Source: Chthonomonadales bacterium
GTDB lineage: Bacteria > Armatimonadota > Chthonomonadetes > Chthonomonadales > Chthonomonadaceae
NCBI GenBank assembly: GCA_038217285.1
Contig: JBBQPO010000061.1
Span: 1-24,201 of the forward strand
Direction: 5' to 3'
DNA: 24,201 bases
The notes beneath the pieces are model-generated. The model was not told the DNA's origin, made no database searches, and saw nothing but the letters and a program-made list of their open reading frames with translations. Position 1 is the stretch's first letter, and each line of letters begins with the position of its first letter. Both the position numbers and the translations under genes were made by a program. Shown piece after piece: positions 10,154-18,457 of the stretch.

Positions 10154-10333
10154 AGGAGCGGCCTGTTGGGGAAGATTAAGGCCCATAAATGGGCCTGGGA
10201 GGGCTGAAAGGGAGAGCAAATCTCTCCATCAGGGATGGCTGACACCCTGTTTCCTTGCGCATTCGCCCCTGCTCACGTCCGACCCAGCCCCCTTTAGGGG
10301 GCTTACCGCATCAGACCGCCCCTTGAGGGGCGG
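10143..10333. repeat. Cluster of short palindromes filling a convergent intergenic region
   Basis: Hairpins at 10143-10162, 10179-10196, 10211-10227, 10230-10249, 10286-10303 and 10316-10333; three have the form CCCCT-nn-AGG(G/A)G. Confidence 0.6.
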
Positions 10334-10335
10334 GG

Positions 10336-12285
10336 TCACGGGGTGGAGCTGCTGTGGGTCAGGACCCACTGCAGGTCGTTCTGCGCCACTTCGTTCAGGG
10401 CGCGGCTGGTCGCCGTATCGAGATGCAGCGTCTGGTTGAGCACACCGATATAAGCCAGCGAAAGGCAGGCGAGCAGAGGCGGGGTGAGGCGGCGCAGGCC
10501 CAGCAGGAGGGCGGCCAGAGGCTCGACGTGCCGGGAGAGACCCCACAGGCAGACGACGGTGAGCAGAGCCATGGTGAGGCCCGAACCCAGCAAGGCTGTC
10601 TGGAGGGCATCCTGCGGGGAAGCGGGCGGGGCGATTCCCATGATGCTCGTCAGCAGCAGCGCGACGGGATGCAGGCCGCTGAGGAAGTAACGGCGCTCAT
10701 AGAGGCAGAGCAGGAGCGGCACGATCAGGAACGCGGCCATTCTCAGCGTCGTGCCCGATTTCCAGCAGAGAGCGATCTCGTTAGCAGGGCCGGACGGCGT
10801 CGGGCGAGGGCGGCGGAAGACTCTGGTCAGAGGCAGGATCAACAGCGTCAGTCCGCTTAAGAAGAGCAGCGCAGTGCGGGGAGTCGCGATTCCGAAGAAG
10901 AGCATCCCGCCGCTGCCGGCTGCCAGGCAGAACAACAGTACGATCGTGAGGCGTCGTGCCACCGGTGAGGCGGGCAGCTGGGAACCGTAGCGGCGCCAGA
11001 GGGCGGCGAGCAGGGCGGCGGCCGTCAGGGTGAGCATCTGCTGCAGCAGGCAGATACCGGTCATCCAACTGCCGAAGAGCGGCACAAGCGGAATACCGGG
11101 CGGAATACCGGGATAAGAAGCGTCGTAGCGGGCGACGTCCACACGCTGGCGTAGCTCACAGCAGTTGACCACTTCCCGGCGTACCCATCCTGCATCCCTG
11201 TGATTGCGGGCCAGCAGGGCCAGATAGCGTTGGGAGCGTCCCTCCCACTGCGCCAGCGTCCGGATCGCTCCCGGCGGCGCATGGTCTGTGCCGTCTGTGG
11301 CGGAAAGAAAGAAAAGATCGGTGCCGATCAGGGCCTCATACGACCAGGAGGCGGTTTCGCGCATAATGATGCCGAGCATCGAGAGATTGCGGCGGATGCG
11401 TAGCGCCTCCTCGTCGTGACCGGCGGCGGCGCTTTGTTCGGCGTGCCAGCGCGCCATCTCGACGGCGTGCCGCATTTCGTAGAGGTGGGGAAAGGCGATG
11501 AGAGAGAGCGGACCGATCTTCTGCATCGCGCCATGATCGCCATAGGTGGCGGAGTAGAGTCGCCACTGGCCCAACACCTCTTCGTAGAGGTAGGCGTCCC
11601 AGCGCGGTTTGTGCGCCGCCCGAGTGAAGGCCGCGAGGGCCTCTTCGTCCCGGTGGGCGGCGAAGTAGGCGACCGCAAGCATGGCGGGCCAGAAAGCGTT
11701 GTCCGGGTCACACGCCGCCCCCGAGTTCAAGGCCCATTCGATCAGGCGCACGTCGCGCCTCCAGACGGCGGGCAGGGGCAGTGTCTCCGGAGGCGAACTC
11801 TTGCGACCTGTCGAGGAGGCGGTTTCGACGATTTCGGGGCGCTGAATACGGATGCGATCCGCCATCATGTAGCGGGCCAGGTGTGCAAAACCGCCCGGCT
11901 GCGTCGGAAACTGGCGCGCCAGTTGCGCCAGCCGAACGAGCATGTGGTCGTTGTCGTCTCCGGCAGATCCCGGGTGTTCGCCAGCGCTCGCCAGAGCGGT
12001 GGCGCGCCCGACCTGTAGGAGATAGTCCTCCGGTGCGGCGGCGGCGGTCGCGTCGAGCCGACCCACTTCCCGTTCCGTTTCGTGCGGATCGGCCACCCCC
12101 ATGAGCGGACGGCTCTCTTCCGACAGCGCGAACTGCAACTGGGCGAGCAGGGTGAAGCGCACCGTTGGAAAGGCCAGCAGTCCGACGGTCACGCCCAGGA
12201 CGATCCCGATCAGCCAACCGGAGCGGAACGGGGAAGGCCGTATCGATTTCGCGGGCGCGGAACTCTCCGCCAACGTGGCGCTCAT
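10336..12285 (-). CDS. Large membrane protein of unknown function (649 aa), third gene of the ECF operon
   Basis: N-terminal TM helix, ~350-aa helical TPR-like soluble region (DPDNAFWPAMLA), then about 6 TM helices; starts about 10 nt after the anti-sigma stop. Confidence 0.8.
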   Translation of the reverse strand: MSATLAESSAPAKSIRPSPFRSGWLIGIVLGVTVGLLAFPTVRFTLLAQLQFALSEESRPLMGVADPHETEREVGRLDATAAAAPEDYLLQVGRATALASAGEHPGSAGDDNDHMLVRLAQLARQFPTQPGGFAHLARYMMADRIRIQRPEIVETASSTGRKSSPPETLPLPAVWRRDVRLIEWALNSGAACDPDNAFWPAMLAVAYFAAHRDEEALAAFTRAAHKPRWDAYLYEEVLGQWRLYSATYGDHGAMQKIGPLSLIAFPHLYEMRHAVEMARWHAEQSAAAGHDEEALRIRRNLSMLGIIMRETASWSYEALIGTDLFFLSATDGTDHAPPGAIRTLAQWEGRSQRYLALLARNHRDAGWVRREVVNCCELRQRVDVARYDASYPGIPPGIPLVPLFGSWMTGICLLQQMLTLTAAALLAALWRRYGSQLPASPVARRLTIVLLFCLAAGSGGMLFFGIATPRTALLFLSGLTLLILPLTRVFRRPRPTPSGPANEIALCWKSGTTLRMAAFLIVPLLLCLYERRYFLSGLHPVALLLTSIMGIAPPASPQDALQTALLGSGLTMALLTVVCLWGLSRHVEPLAALLLGLRRLTPPLLACLSLAYIGVLNQTLHLDTATSRALNEVAQNDLQWVLTHSSSTP

Positions 12286-12294
12286 GGCGTTGTC

Positions 12295-12957
12295 CTAGCC
12301 CCGGACGAGCGGGCCGGGGAGTGAACCGTGTTGTTGCGACTTTGGCGAATCGGCAGGGGGAGGCGTAGAGACGGAGGGCGCCGGCAGGGCAGGAGGCGAC
12401 GCCGGTTCCGCACTGCTGCGCGGACGTGGATCAGCGGGGACCGTCCATAGGAAAGCAGCGCGGGGAGACGGACGGTTCAGCAGCGACTCCAACGGCACCG
12501 GCGGCTCATTGGAGTGCGTGGCGGTAACGCGGCGCGACTCCCGACCGGTATGCGCGGAGTACTCGATAGGGTGGAGGGCGGTCAGCAGGAACACGGCGGT
12601 CAGCGAGGCGGCGCAGAGGGCTCCGCCGGCTATCTGGGTGAGGTAGAGATTGGGAATAGACTCCCAACAGGCCCACGCCTCACGCATTCGGCGCATGCAA
12701 CGCTGCCGGAGAGTCAGGCGTTCCGGCAGGCCGAGGGCGAGCAGAATATGCTCGTCCAGGCGGCGTCCGCTCTCATGATCGAGCGCAAAACTCTCTCGGG
12801 TCAGGGCAAGGTGCAGCACACGGTCCGACTGTGCCGCTTCTCGACACTCCCGGCAGCCGGCCAGGTGATCGTCCAGCGCTTCCCACTCGTAGCGCGACAG
12901 GTCCCCGTCGGTTCGGCGCGACAGCAGCATTCGCCACCCGTAACAGCGGTCAGACAT
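12295..12957 (-). CDS. Zinc-binding anti-sigma factor (zf-HC2/ZAS)
   Basis: C...DGDL...HLAGCREC (HxxxCxxC), one TM helix, Pro-rich C-terminus; start overlaps the sigma gene stop. Confidence 0.88.
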   Translation of the reverse strand: MSDRCYGWRMLLSRRTDGDLSRYEWEALDDHLAGCRECREAAQSDRVLHLALTRESFALDHESGRRLDEHILLALGLPERLTLRQRCMRRMREAWACWESIPNLYLTQIAGGALCAASLTAVFLLTALHPIEYSAHTGRESRRVTATHSNEPPVPLESLLNRPSPRAAFLWTVPADPRPRSSAEPASPPALPAPSVSTPPPADSPKSQQHGSLPGPLVRG

Positions 12958-13567
12958 GATTGACCTCCTCCTCCAACGCGGTCCAGCGACGTCGAAACTG
13001 CTCGCGAGCCGTGTTGAGTCGCGACCGCACCGTTCCGACGGGAATATTGAGGACGTCGGCGATCTCCGCGTATTCCAGCCCTTCGACTTCGCGCAGCACC
13101 AGGGCCGCGCGCATCGGCGGAGTCAGCGAATCGAGCACCTGGGCGACGGAAAGGCGATTTTCAACATCGGGCGAGACAGCCACGAAGTGCGCGATATTCT
13201 CCTCCAGTGGCATCTCCGAGGTCATGCATTTGCGGCGCATGCGGTCCAGGCAGAGATTGATGACGATCCGGTAGAGCCACGCGTAAAAGCCGGAGTCGCC
13301 CCGAAACTGGCCGATCTGGCGGAACGCTTTGACGAACGCCTCCTGCGCCACATCTTCGGCCTCGCGGGAGTTGTGCAGGACATGGGCCGCCAGACGCACG
13401 ACTCGATCCCGATACCGGTTCAGCACCCAGCGTATGGCCCGTTCGTCCCCCTCTGCGCATCTGTCGAGCCAGGCCCGCTCTTCGCGACGCTGCAGGGCTT
13501 CCTCGGCCTCCCCGGTCTTACTGGGAGCCATGATCGTCTCGGCCATTTTCCAGACGTTAGATACCAT
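12950..13567 (-). CDS. ECF RNA polymerase sigma factor (RpoE/SigW-like)
   Basis: Region 2 AEDVAQEAFVKAF...FYAWLYRIVINLCLD; region 4 LREVEGLEYAEIADVLNIPVGTVRSRL. Exact start uncertain. Confidence 0.96.
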   Translation of the reverse strand: MVSNVWKMAETIMAPSKTGEAEEALQRREERAWLDRCAEGDERAIRWVLNRYRDRVVRLAAHVLHNSREAEDVAQEAFVKAFRQIGQFRGDSGFYAWLYRIVINLCLDRMRRKCMTSEMPLEENIAHFVAVSPDVENRLSVAQVLDSLTPPMRAALVLREVEGLEYAEIADVLNIPVGTVRSRLNTAREQFRRRWTALEEEVNHV

Positions 13568-13776
13568 CTCTGCGTGCCCTCCACCAGCGTCCTACAAACT
13601 CATTGTTCGTGCAGGGATGTTTCTCCATTCTCCCCCGCGATTCCTTCCGTATTTTACCGGTTGAATAACACGTATGCACGGCGGTTTCACGGTCGGACAG
13701 GAGGCCGCTTGCCTTCCCACCTGGCACGCGCTCCTGCGAACGCCGTATCGAGAGCATTTTGCTGTTCTTCCACCCC

Positions 13777-13805
13777 TTGACTTCTCCTGGTACAGAGCGT
13801 ATAAT
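13777..13805 (+). promoter_or_regulatory. Sigma70-type promoter
   Basis: TTGACT-17 nt-TATAAT. Confidence 0.75.
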
Positions 13806-13894
13806 CGTGCGTGAGGAGCCGAAACAGCGCCGTCGTGTTCGGTCTACCGTTAATTTTTATGTCCGTATATTCCCCTGTCAGGAGTGATCGACTT

Positions 13895-14536
13895 ATGAGC
13901 GCGGCCTCTTTGCCCATCCTCTGGGCCAACTGTGTGAACCAATTGAAAGACCGTGTCAACAACCGCTCGTTCTGGGAAGCCCTGGAGCAGACGCACGCGA
14001 TCACCATCGAAAATGGGACACTGGTGCTCGGGATCGATGCCGAAGAGTACACCCGCGCCAGCGTCATCACGCAGGTCTCCATGCTGCACACGGTCCACGA
14101 GGTAGTGCGACAACTGTTCGGCCAGCCCCTTCAGGTCCGGCTCGTGGAGGGTATCGGCTTGGGCGACTGGGAAGCCGCCAAGGCCAGAGACGCCTCGGTG
14201 GTCGCGATGAAGCAAGCCGCGCCGGCGCCTCGGCCTACTCCCGCCGCTGGCACGGGTTGGGACGGCGTTGCGGAGCAGATTTCACGCCTCTACGCGCAGG
14301 CTCCCTTCCGCGCGCTGCCGCAGGGCAAAGCTCGCTTCGCCAATGAGGCGCTCTATCTGCTGGTGGAAGCGATGGACGCCCTCTACCCGGACGACGCGGA
14401 CGAGCATACCGAGCGCAGTCTGGCGCGAGTTCTTGACCGGATCGCCAATGCCTCGGAAATCCCTGCCGCCGTGCTCGCCTTCGAACTGGAACGTCTGCGC
14501 GCCTGGCGCCGGGCCGAAGCCGAAGCCGCCGCCTGA
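13895..14536 (+). CDS. Hypothetical protein with DnaA domain I/DciA-like N-terminus (213 aa)
   Basis: SD AGGAG before ATG 13895. LWANCVNQLKDRVNNRSFWEAL...ITIENGTLVLGI resembles the DnaA N-terminal pattern; no Walker motifs. Confidence 0.7.
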   Translation: MSAASLPILWANCVNQLKDRVNNRSFWEALEQTHAITIENGTLVLGIDAEEYTRASVITQVSMLHTVHEVVRQLFGQPLQVRLVEGIGLGDWEAAKARDASVVAMKQAAPAPRPTPAAGTGWDGVAEQISRLYAQAPFRALPQGKARFANEALYLLVEAMDALYPDDADEHTERSLARVLDRIANASEIPAAVLAFELERLRAWRRAEAEAAA

Positions 14537-14572
14537 CCCGCACGAGACGGTTTACCTACAGAAGCGTAGCAT

Positions 14573-14606
14573 CAAAAAGGAGAACCCATATGGGTTCTCC
14601 TTTTTG
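14573..14606. terminator. Bidirectional intrinsic terminator
   Basis: Perfect palindrome CAAAAAGGAGAACCCATATGGGTTCTCCTTTTTG between convergent genes; U-tract on both strands. Confidence 0.9.
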
Positions 14607-14622
14607 CACGGTCGGGAGAGCC

Positions 14623-15576
14623 TCAGTTGGGTTTCTTAGGGTCTGGAGGTGGCGGGGTCTCTTTGCTGTCCGCCGCCGGATCGTCGCCCTTGGCATCATC
14701 GAGATTAAAGTTGATCGTCGAATGGCCGGTGCTTTTCAGGGTCTCCTCGCCTTCCTTCGTCCCCACATAGACATCCTTCTCGAAATCGATTTTCTGTCCT
14801 TCTGAGTCGAAGGCTTTCACGGGCTGAAAGAGATGCATCGTGTTGGTCTTGCCGTCGTATTCGGCATGCTCTGCCGTCAGTGTGCGCTCGACCATTTTGC
14901 CATCGTCTTTCTTGATCGTCTGTTTGAAGACAAGGTGACCGGTCAGGACGATAAACTCCTTCTTGTACGCGTCCTGCACACGATCACAGGTGATGATAAT
15001 AGGGTACTGATGTTGTTTCGCTCTGTCGCTGTCGGCAGGAACGCCAGGATCGGGCGGGGTCGGTTTCAGCGTGATGACGACACTGCCTGCGATGGTCGCC
15101 ATCTGCTTTTTGCGGTCTACATGAGAGCGGTCACCGGTGACATGATGCTTGGGATCGTCGAGCTCCAGGCTGCCCTGGGCATCGAGTTCTTTGGTCTTAT
15201 CGTTATAGACAGCCGTCAACCCGGTGAACTTCATGTCGCCTTCCGTGTAGACGACGTTCTTACCTTTGGTCAAGCCGGTCTTAATATTGAGGTCCGGATC
15301 GTCCATGGCGATATGGGCCGCCTTCTGCGTTTCAAGAGTAGGAGACGGAGCGACGGCCGGGGTGCCGTGCACATCAGTAGATTTGCCGAAACCGGGCAGG
15401 GCGGTCTGCTTGCCTGCCGGTGAAACGGGGGCGGTCTGCGCCGCTCTTTTCGTCTGCGATGGCGAGGGGGCCGACTGTCGTGCCGAAGCCACCAGGGAGA
15501 TGGTCCCGCCTGCTGCCACCAACGCGCCAAACGCGACGACGCCATAGAAAGATCGACCGAACGGTTGATGTGTCAC
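14623..15576 (-). CDS. LptA/OstA-like beta-jellyroll exported protein
   Basis: N-terminal hydrophobic segment, Pro/Ala linker, repeated beta-strand units (KGKNVVYTEGDMKFTG, AVYNDKTKELDAQG, LTAEHAEYDGKTNTMHL); GTG 15576 with purine-rich SD. Confidence 0.65.
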   Translation of the reverse strand: MTHQPFGRSFYGVVAFGALVAAGGTISLVASARQSAPSPSQTKRAAQTAPVSPAGKQTALPGFGKSTDVHGTPAVAPSPTLETQKAAHIAMDDPDLNIKTGLTKGKNVVYTEGDMKFTGLTAVYNDKTKELDAQGSLELDDPKHHVTGDRSHVDRKKQMATIAGSVVITLKPTPPDPGVPADSDRAKQHQYPIIITCDRVQDAYKKEFIVLTGHLVFKQTIKKDDGKMVERTLTAEHAEYDGKTNTMHLFQPVKAFDSEGQKIDFEKDVYVGTKEGEETLKSTGHSTINFNLDDAKGDDPAADSKETPPPPDPKKPN

Positions 15577-15598
15577 TATTTTCCCTTTCCTCCCGTTT

Positions 15599-16573
15599 CT
15601 AAAAATGCAGTTTCCCCAGCGACTCACTACGCAAGTCGAACTCCATATGGTTCGCATGCGCGGTGCGGCTTTTGAGGTCTATCGTCAGACCATGCGCCAC
15701 AAAGGGCACGCCACGTAAGACGCCGGTCGTATCTTCCGGGCAGCGTACGATGCCTGCGTCTAGGGACCAGTACATTCTTTCGGCCTGGACAACGCCGTCC
15801 GGGAAGGTGGCGCGCGCGCCGCCGAGACATTCGACCGTGCGACCGGCGACATCGTAGCGTGACTGGTTCGCCGTCACCTGGGCATCTTTACGCGTCACCT
15901 TCATGCCGTTTTCGCAGAGGATACGACGTTCTGAATGCCCTGTTTTTTTGTTTTGGAGATCGAGTACCGTCAGCGATTGGGCTTCGAAATGATCGCCCTC
16001 GCGGGTACGGAAATCGACGCCCTGCGAAAGGTCGAACTCCGACTGCAGGCGATAGAGCACCGCCAACTCGGGGGGAGGAAGCGACATCAGGCCGGAACGA
16101 TAGTGCCCGCGTCCGGCCCTGAACTTTGCGTTCCAGGGACCATAGGTCACTTCGGCTTCCGGAGGAATCTGACCCGGTGCGGTTTGGGTCGGCGAATGCT
16201 GGGCGGCGGGAGCAAGGACCAAAGAGGGAACAGGCAAGGGGGGAGGCGCCGGAAAAAGCAGGCCGTCTTTGATGTCGGTGAGGGCGATACTTTCGATACT
16301 TGCGAGAGAGCCGCCGGGAAGGCGTTCCAACTCGATTCGTCCGGCCTGCAGCGACCAGGTCTTAAAGCCGTTGGAGTGCCCGACAAAGGGAGCGTTCTCC
16401 AGACGCATGGTCACATTGGAACCGAGGGAGGCGCCCTGTAACGTGGCAGGCGTCGGAGGGCTGGTCGGCTCGGCCCAGCGATAGACAAGCACCGTTCCGA
16501 CCACGCAGCCGACCGCAGCCGTCCAGCGCAAAAGGGTACCGAGCCGACGGCGTAGGTGGTCAGGAACGCGCAT
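15599..16573 (-). CDS. LptC-like membrane-anchored beta-jellyroll protein
   Basis: Single N-terminal TM helix, KTWSLQAGRIE, VTANQSRYDVAGRTVEC, VQAERMYWS; directly upstream of the LptA-like gene. Confidence 0.6.
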   Translation of the reverse strand: MRVPDHLRRRLGTLLRWTAAVGCVVGTVLVYRWAEPTSPPTPATLQGASLGSNVTMRLENAPFVGHSNGFKTWSLQAGRIELERLPGGSLASIESIALTDIKDGLLFPAPPPLPVPSLVLAPAAQHSPTQTAPGQIPPEAEVTYGPWNAKFRAGRGHYRSGLMSLPPPELAVLYRLQSEFDLSQGVDFRTREGDHFEAQSLTVLDLQNKKTGHSERRILCENGMKVTRKDAQVTANQSRYDVAGRTVECLGGARATFPDGVVQAERMYWSLDAGIVRCPEDTTGVLRGVPFVAHGLTIDLKSRTAHANHMEFDLRSESLGKLHF

Positions 16574-16642
16574 GAATCGTCTTCCGAAAAGGAGACGGCG
16601 AGGCGACGGCAGGATTCGCCGTTGCCTCGCCGCAGAGCCGTC

Positions 16643-17143
16643 TTACGGGCAGCCGCTCGGCGGGGGCGGAGGCGGGTTGATACCGCCCAGAAGCAGGTCC
16701 ACCTCGGCGACCATATTGGTTCCGGTATGCAGGGTCGGCAGGGGGAACGTACAGTCGTGGGTGGAGTATAACTTGCCGCCGAAGTTGGCATAGCTGAAGT
16801 AAGTGGTCGTGTTGGGATTGCCGACCGTGAACCGTGTAACGGTATTGGGTACGCTGACGAAACTGAAGTTGCCGCTGGCATCGGTAAGCGTCGAAAAGCT
16901 CGTGCCGACGATGCTCACCAGCGCCTTGACGACCGGGGCATGACCGGGAGTGTTGTCTTTCACGGTACCCGTAAGACTTACATTTGTGGGGCCGCCGTTG
17001 TTACCGCCGTTGTTGTTGCCGCCATTATTGCTGCCACCACCGCCGCCGCCGCATCCGGCGAAAGCCAGCGCCGCCAGACCAAGCAACGTCAAACACGAAA
17101 ATAATCGCGTGTGGGGAGAGTTCCAGAACACCCTGTTCCTCAT
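16643..17143 (-). CDS. Lipoprotein with carboxypeptidase-regulatory-like beta-sandwich domain
   Basis: Lipobox FAG-C, Gly/Asn linker (GGNNN repeats), LTGTVKD...TLTDASGNFSF pattern, C-terminal PPPPPPSGCP. Confidence 0.8.
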   Translation of the reverse strand: MRNRVFWNSPHTRLFSCLTLLGLAALAFAGCGGGGGGSNNGGNNNGGNNGGPTNVSLTGTVKDNTPGHAPVVKALVSIVGTSFSTLTDASGNFSFVSVPNTVTRFTVGNPNTTTYFSYANFGGKLYSTHDCTFPLPTLHTGTNMVAEVDLLLGGINPPPPPPSGCP

Positions 17144-17342
17144 GAAAACTTCCTGCCTTCCAGTATGTGTCTTTCAAGACACGAGATAGTCCCTGCATCG
17201 GGGCGCGTTCGAGGACGCTTGAGAGAGACCGAGATGCGGGATACACGGATATTGGGATGCCGGTGAAACGGCGGGAGCGGTTCCGCTCCAGGCGCGTTCA
17301 TCGGAGGGGGTACCGGAACGCACAAACGGGGGCTTTCGCGCT

Positions 17343-17371
17343 ATTATACACAGTTCCGGCAAATCCTGCAA
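17343..17371 (-). promoter_or_regulatory. Sigma70-type promoter about 200 nt upstream of the lipoprotein gene
   Basis: TTGCAG-17 nt-TATAAT, with TGTG immediately upstream of the -10. Confidence 0.65.
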
Positions 17372-17451
17372 GCCCCCGCGTCAAAAAAGTTGCGAAAGGG
17401 GCTATTCCCCCCCCTTGGCGGGCGGAGCGCCGCTCCCCGATAGACGCCCTT

Positions 17452-18288
17452 TTACGGGTTGGCAATGTAGGCGTCGAGGCCTGCATCGACAAGGCGCTGT
17501 TTCTCGGTCTCCGCGTTTACCCGGTTGCGATGGGCGCTGTGCTGGACGCGGTAGAGCGTACGGTCGCTGCTGGTCACGGTGCGAACCGTGGTGTCAAAGC
17601 CCTTGTCGGAGGCGATTTTGGCCTGCTCTTCCGCCTTTTCACGTGTCGAATAGACGCCGATCTGAACCCGGAAAAGGCCGCCTGTGGTCTCGGCGCTTGC
17701 GGTGCGCTTACGGCGCGTTGTCTGCACATCGTTGACATCGTCGGTACTGGCGGGAGGAACGATCTCTTCACCCGGCGATTTTGCAGCCTGCGACTCGTCG
17801 GGCGCAGGAATTTTTTTGTGTCTCCTCGGCTTTGGCCCGTCCGCCGGAGGTGTGGGATCCACAAGCGCGGCTTCGCCGGGTTTCGCGGCTTCGTTGGGGG
17901 GACGGGGGAGGTTATCCTGCGAGGTGTCGGGCTCCTTTTGAGGATCTTTGTTCCCGTCTATCCCGGCAGGTTTCTGCACATCTTCGGCAGGATCTATGCG
18001 CGGTGCAATGACTCGAGGGGTGGGCTGCGCGGCAGGCAGCGCCGTTCTCTGGGGAACCGGCGTGTCGTCGCCGTGATGGGAAGGACCCTGGTCGCCGAGG
18101 GTCGCGACCATGCTCTTCACCAGGCCATCCCCATCCGCTTTCGGCTTGCTGCTCCAGAAACGGGCCAGCACGAAGAAGCCCAGGGCAAAACTCAGCACCG
18201 CGCAGAGCAGGAAAGCGCCCAGAGTACGGACGGCGGTCGATCCCCCGCCGTAGTCGTCGGAATAGCGATTGCGATTTGGCGCAGGCAT
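17452..18288 (-). CDS. SPOR-domain protein (FtsN/DedD-like architecture)
   Basis: Short cytoplasmic N-terminus, one TM helix, long Pro-rich linker, C-terminal FRVQIGVYSTREKAE...LYRVQ...LVDAGLDAYI SPOR domain. Confidence 0.88.
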   Translation of the reverse strand: MPAPNRNRYSDDYGGGSTAVRTLGAFLLCAVLSFALGFFVLARFWSSKPKADGDGLVKSMVATLGDQGPSHHGDDTPVPQRTALPAAQPTPRVIAPRIDPAEDVQKPAGIDGNKDPQKEPDTSQDNLPRPPNEAAKPGEAALVDPTPPADGPKPRRHKKIPAPDESQAAKSPGEEIVPPASTDDVNDVQTTRRKRTASAETTGGLFRVQIGVYSTREKAEEQAKIASDKGFDTTVRTVTSSDRTLYRVQHSAHRNRVNAETEKQRLVDAGLDAYIANP

Positions 18289-18327
18289 CTTTCTCACTCT
18301 CCTTTTCGTCGCTCCACCCTGTCCTTC

Positions 18328-18357
18328 AGTCTACCAATCTTGTCCGCCCTTTGTCAA
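18328..18357 (-). promoter_or_regulatory. Sigma70-type promoter for the SPOR gene
   Basis: TTGACA-18 nt-TAGACT with extended -10 TG. Confidence 0.6.
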
Positions 18358-18457
18358 TACTTCTTCCAGAAAGTGCAACCTTCGGCTGCGTATGGTACTC
18401 TAATAGAAGAGAGAATGCGCGCGCTCTGCAAATCGTTCGAGGCTTGAAAGTTACACT

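Noticed and set aside
13660-13689. Candidate ECF autoregulatory promoter (TGAAAC...CGTG/TCAA, minus strand)
   Set aside because: The -35 looks plausible, but spacing to CGT is 11 nt rather than about 16; not supportable without aligned orthologues.
16991-17050. GGC/AAC-type short tandem repeats
   Set aside because: They encode the ordinary Gly/Asn linker after the lipobox; in-frame and degenerate, not a phase-variation tract.
18373-18401. Promoter candidate GTGCAA-17-TACTCT for the DUF1592 gene
   Set aside because: Too far from consensus to list as a feature.
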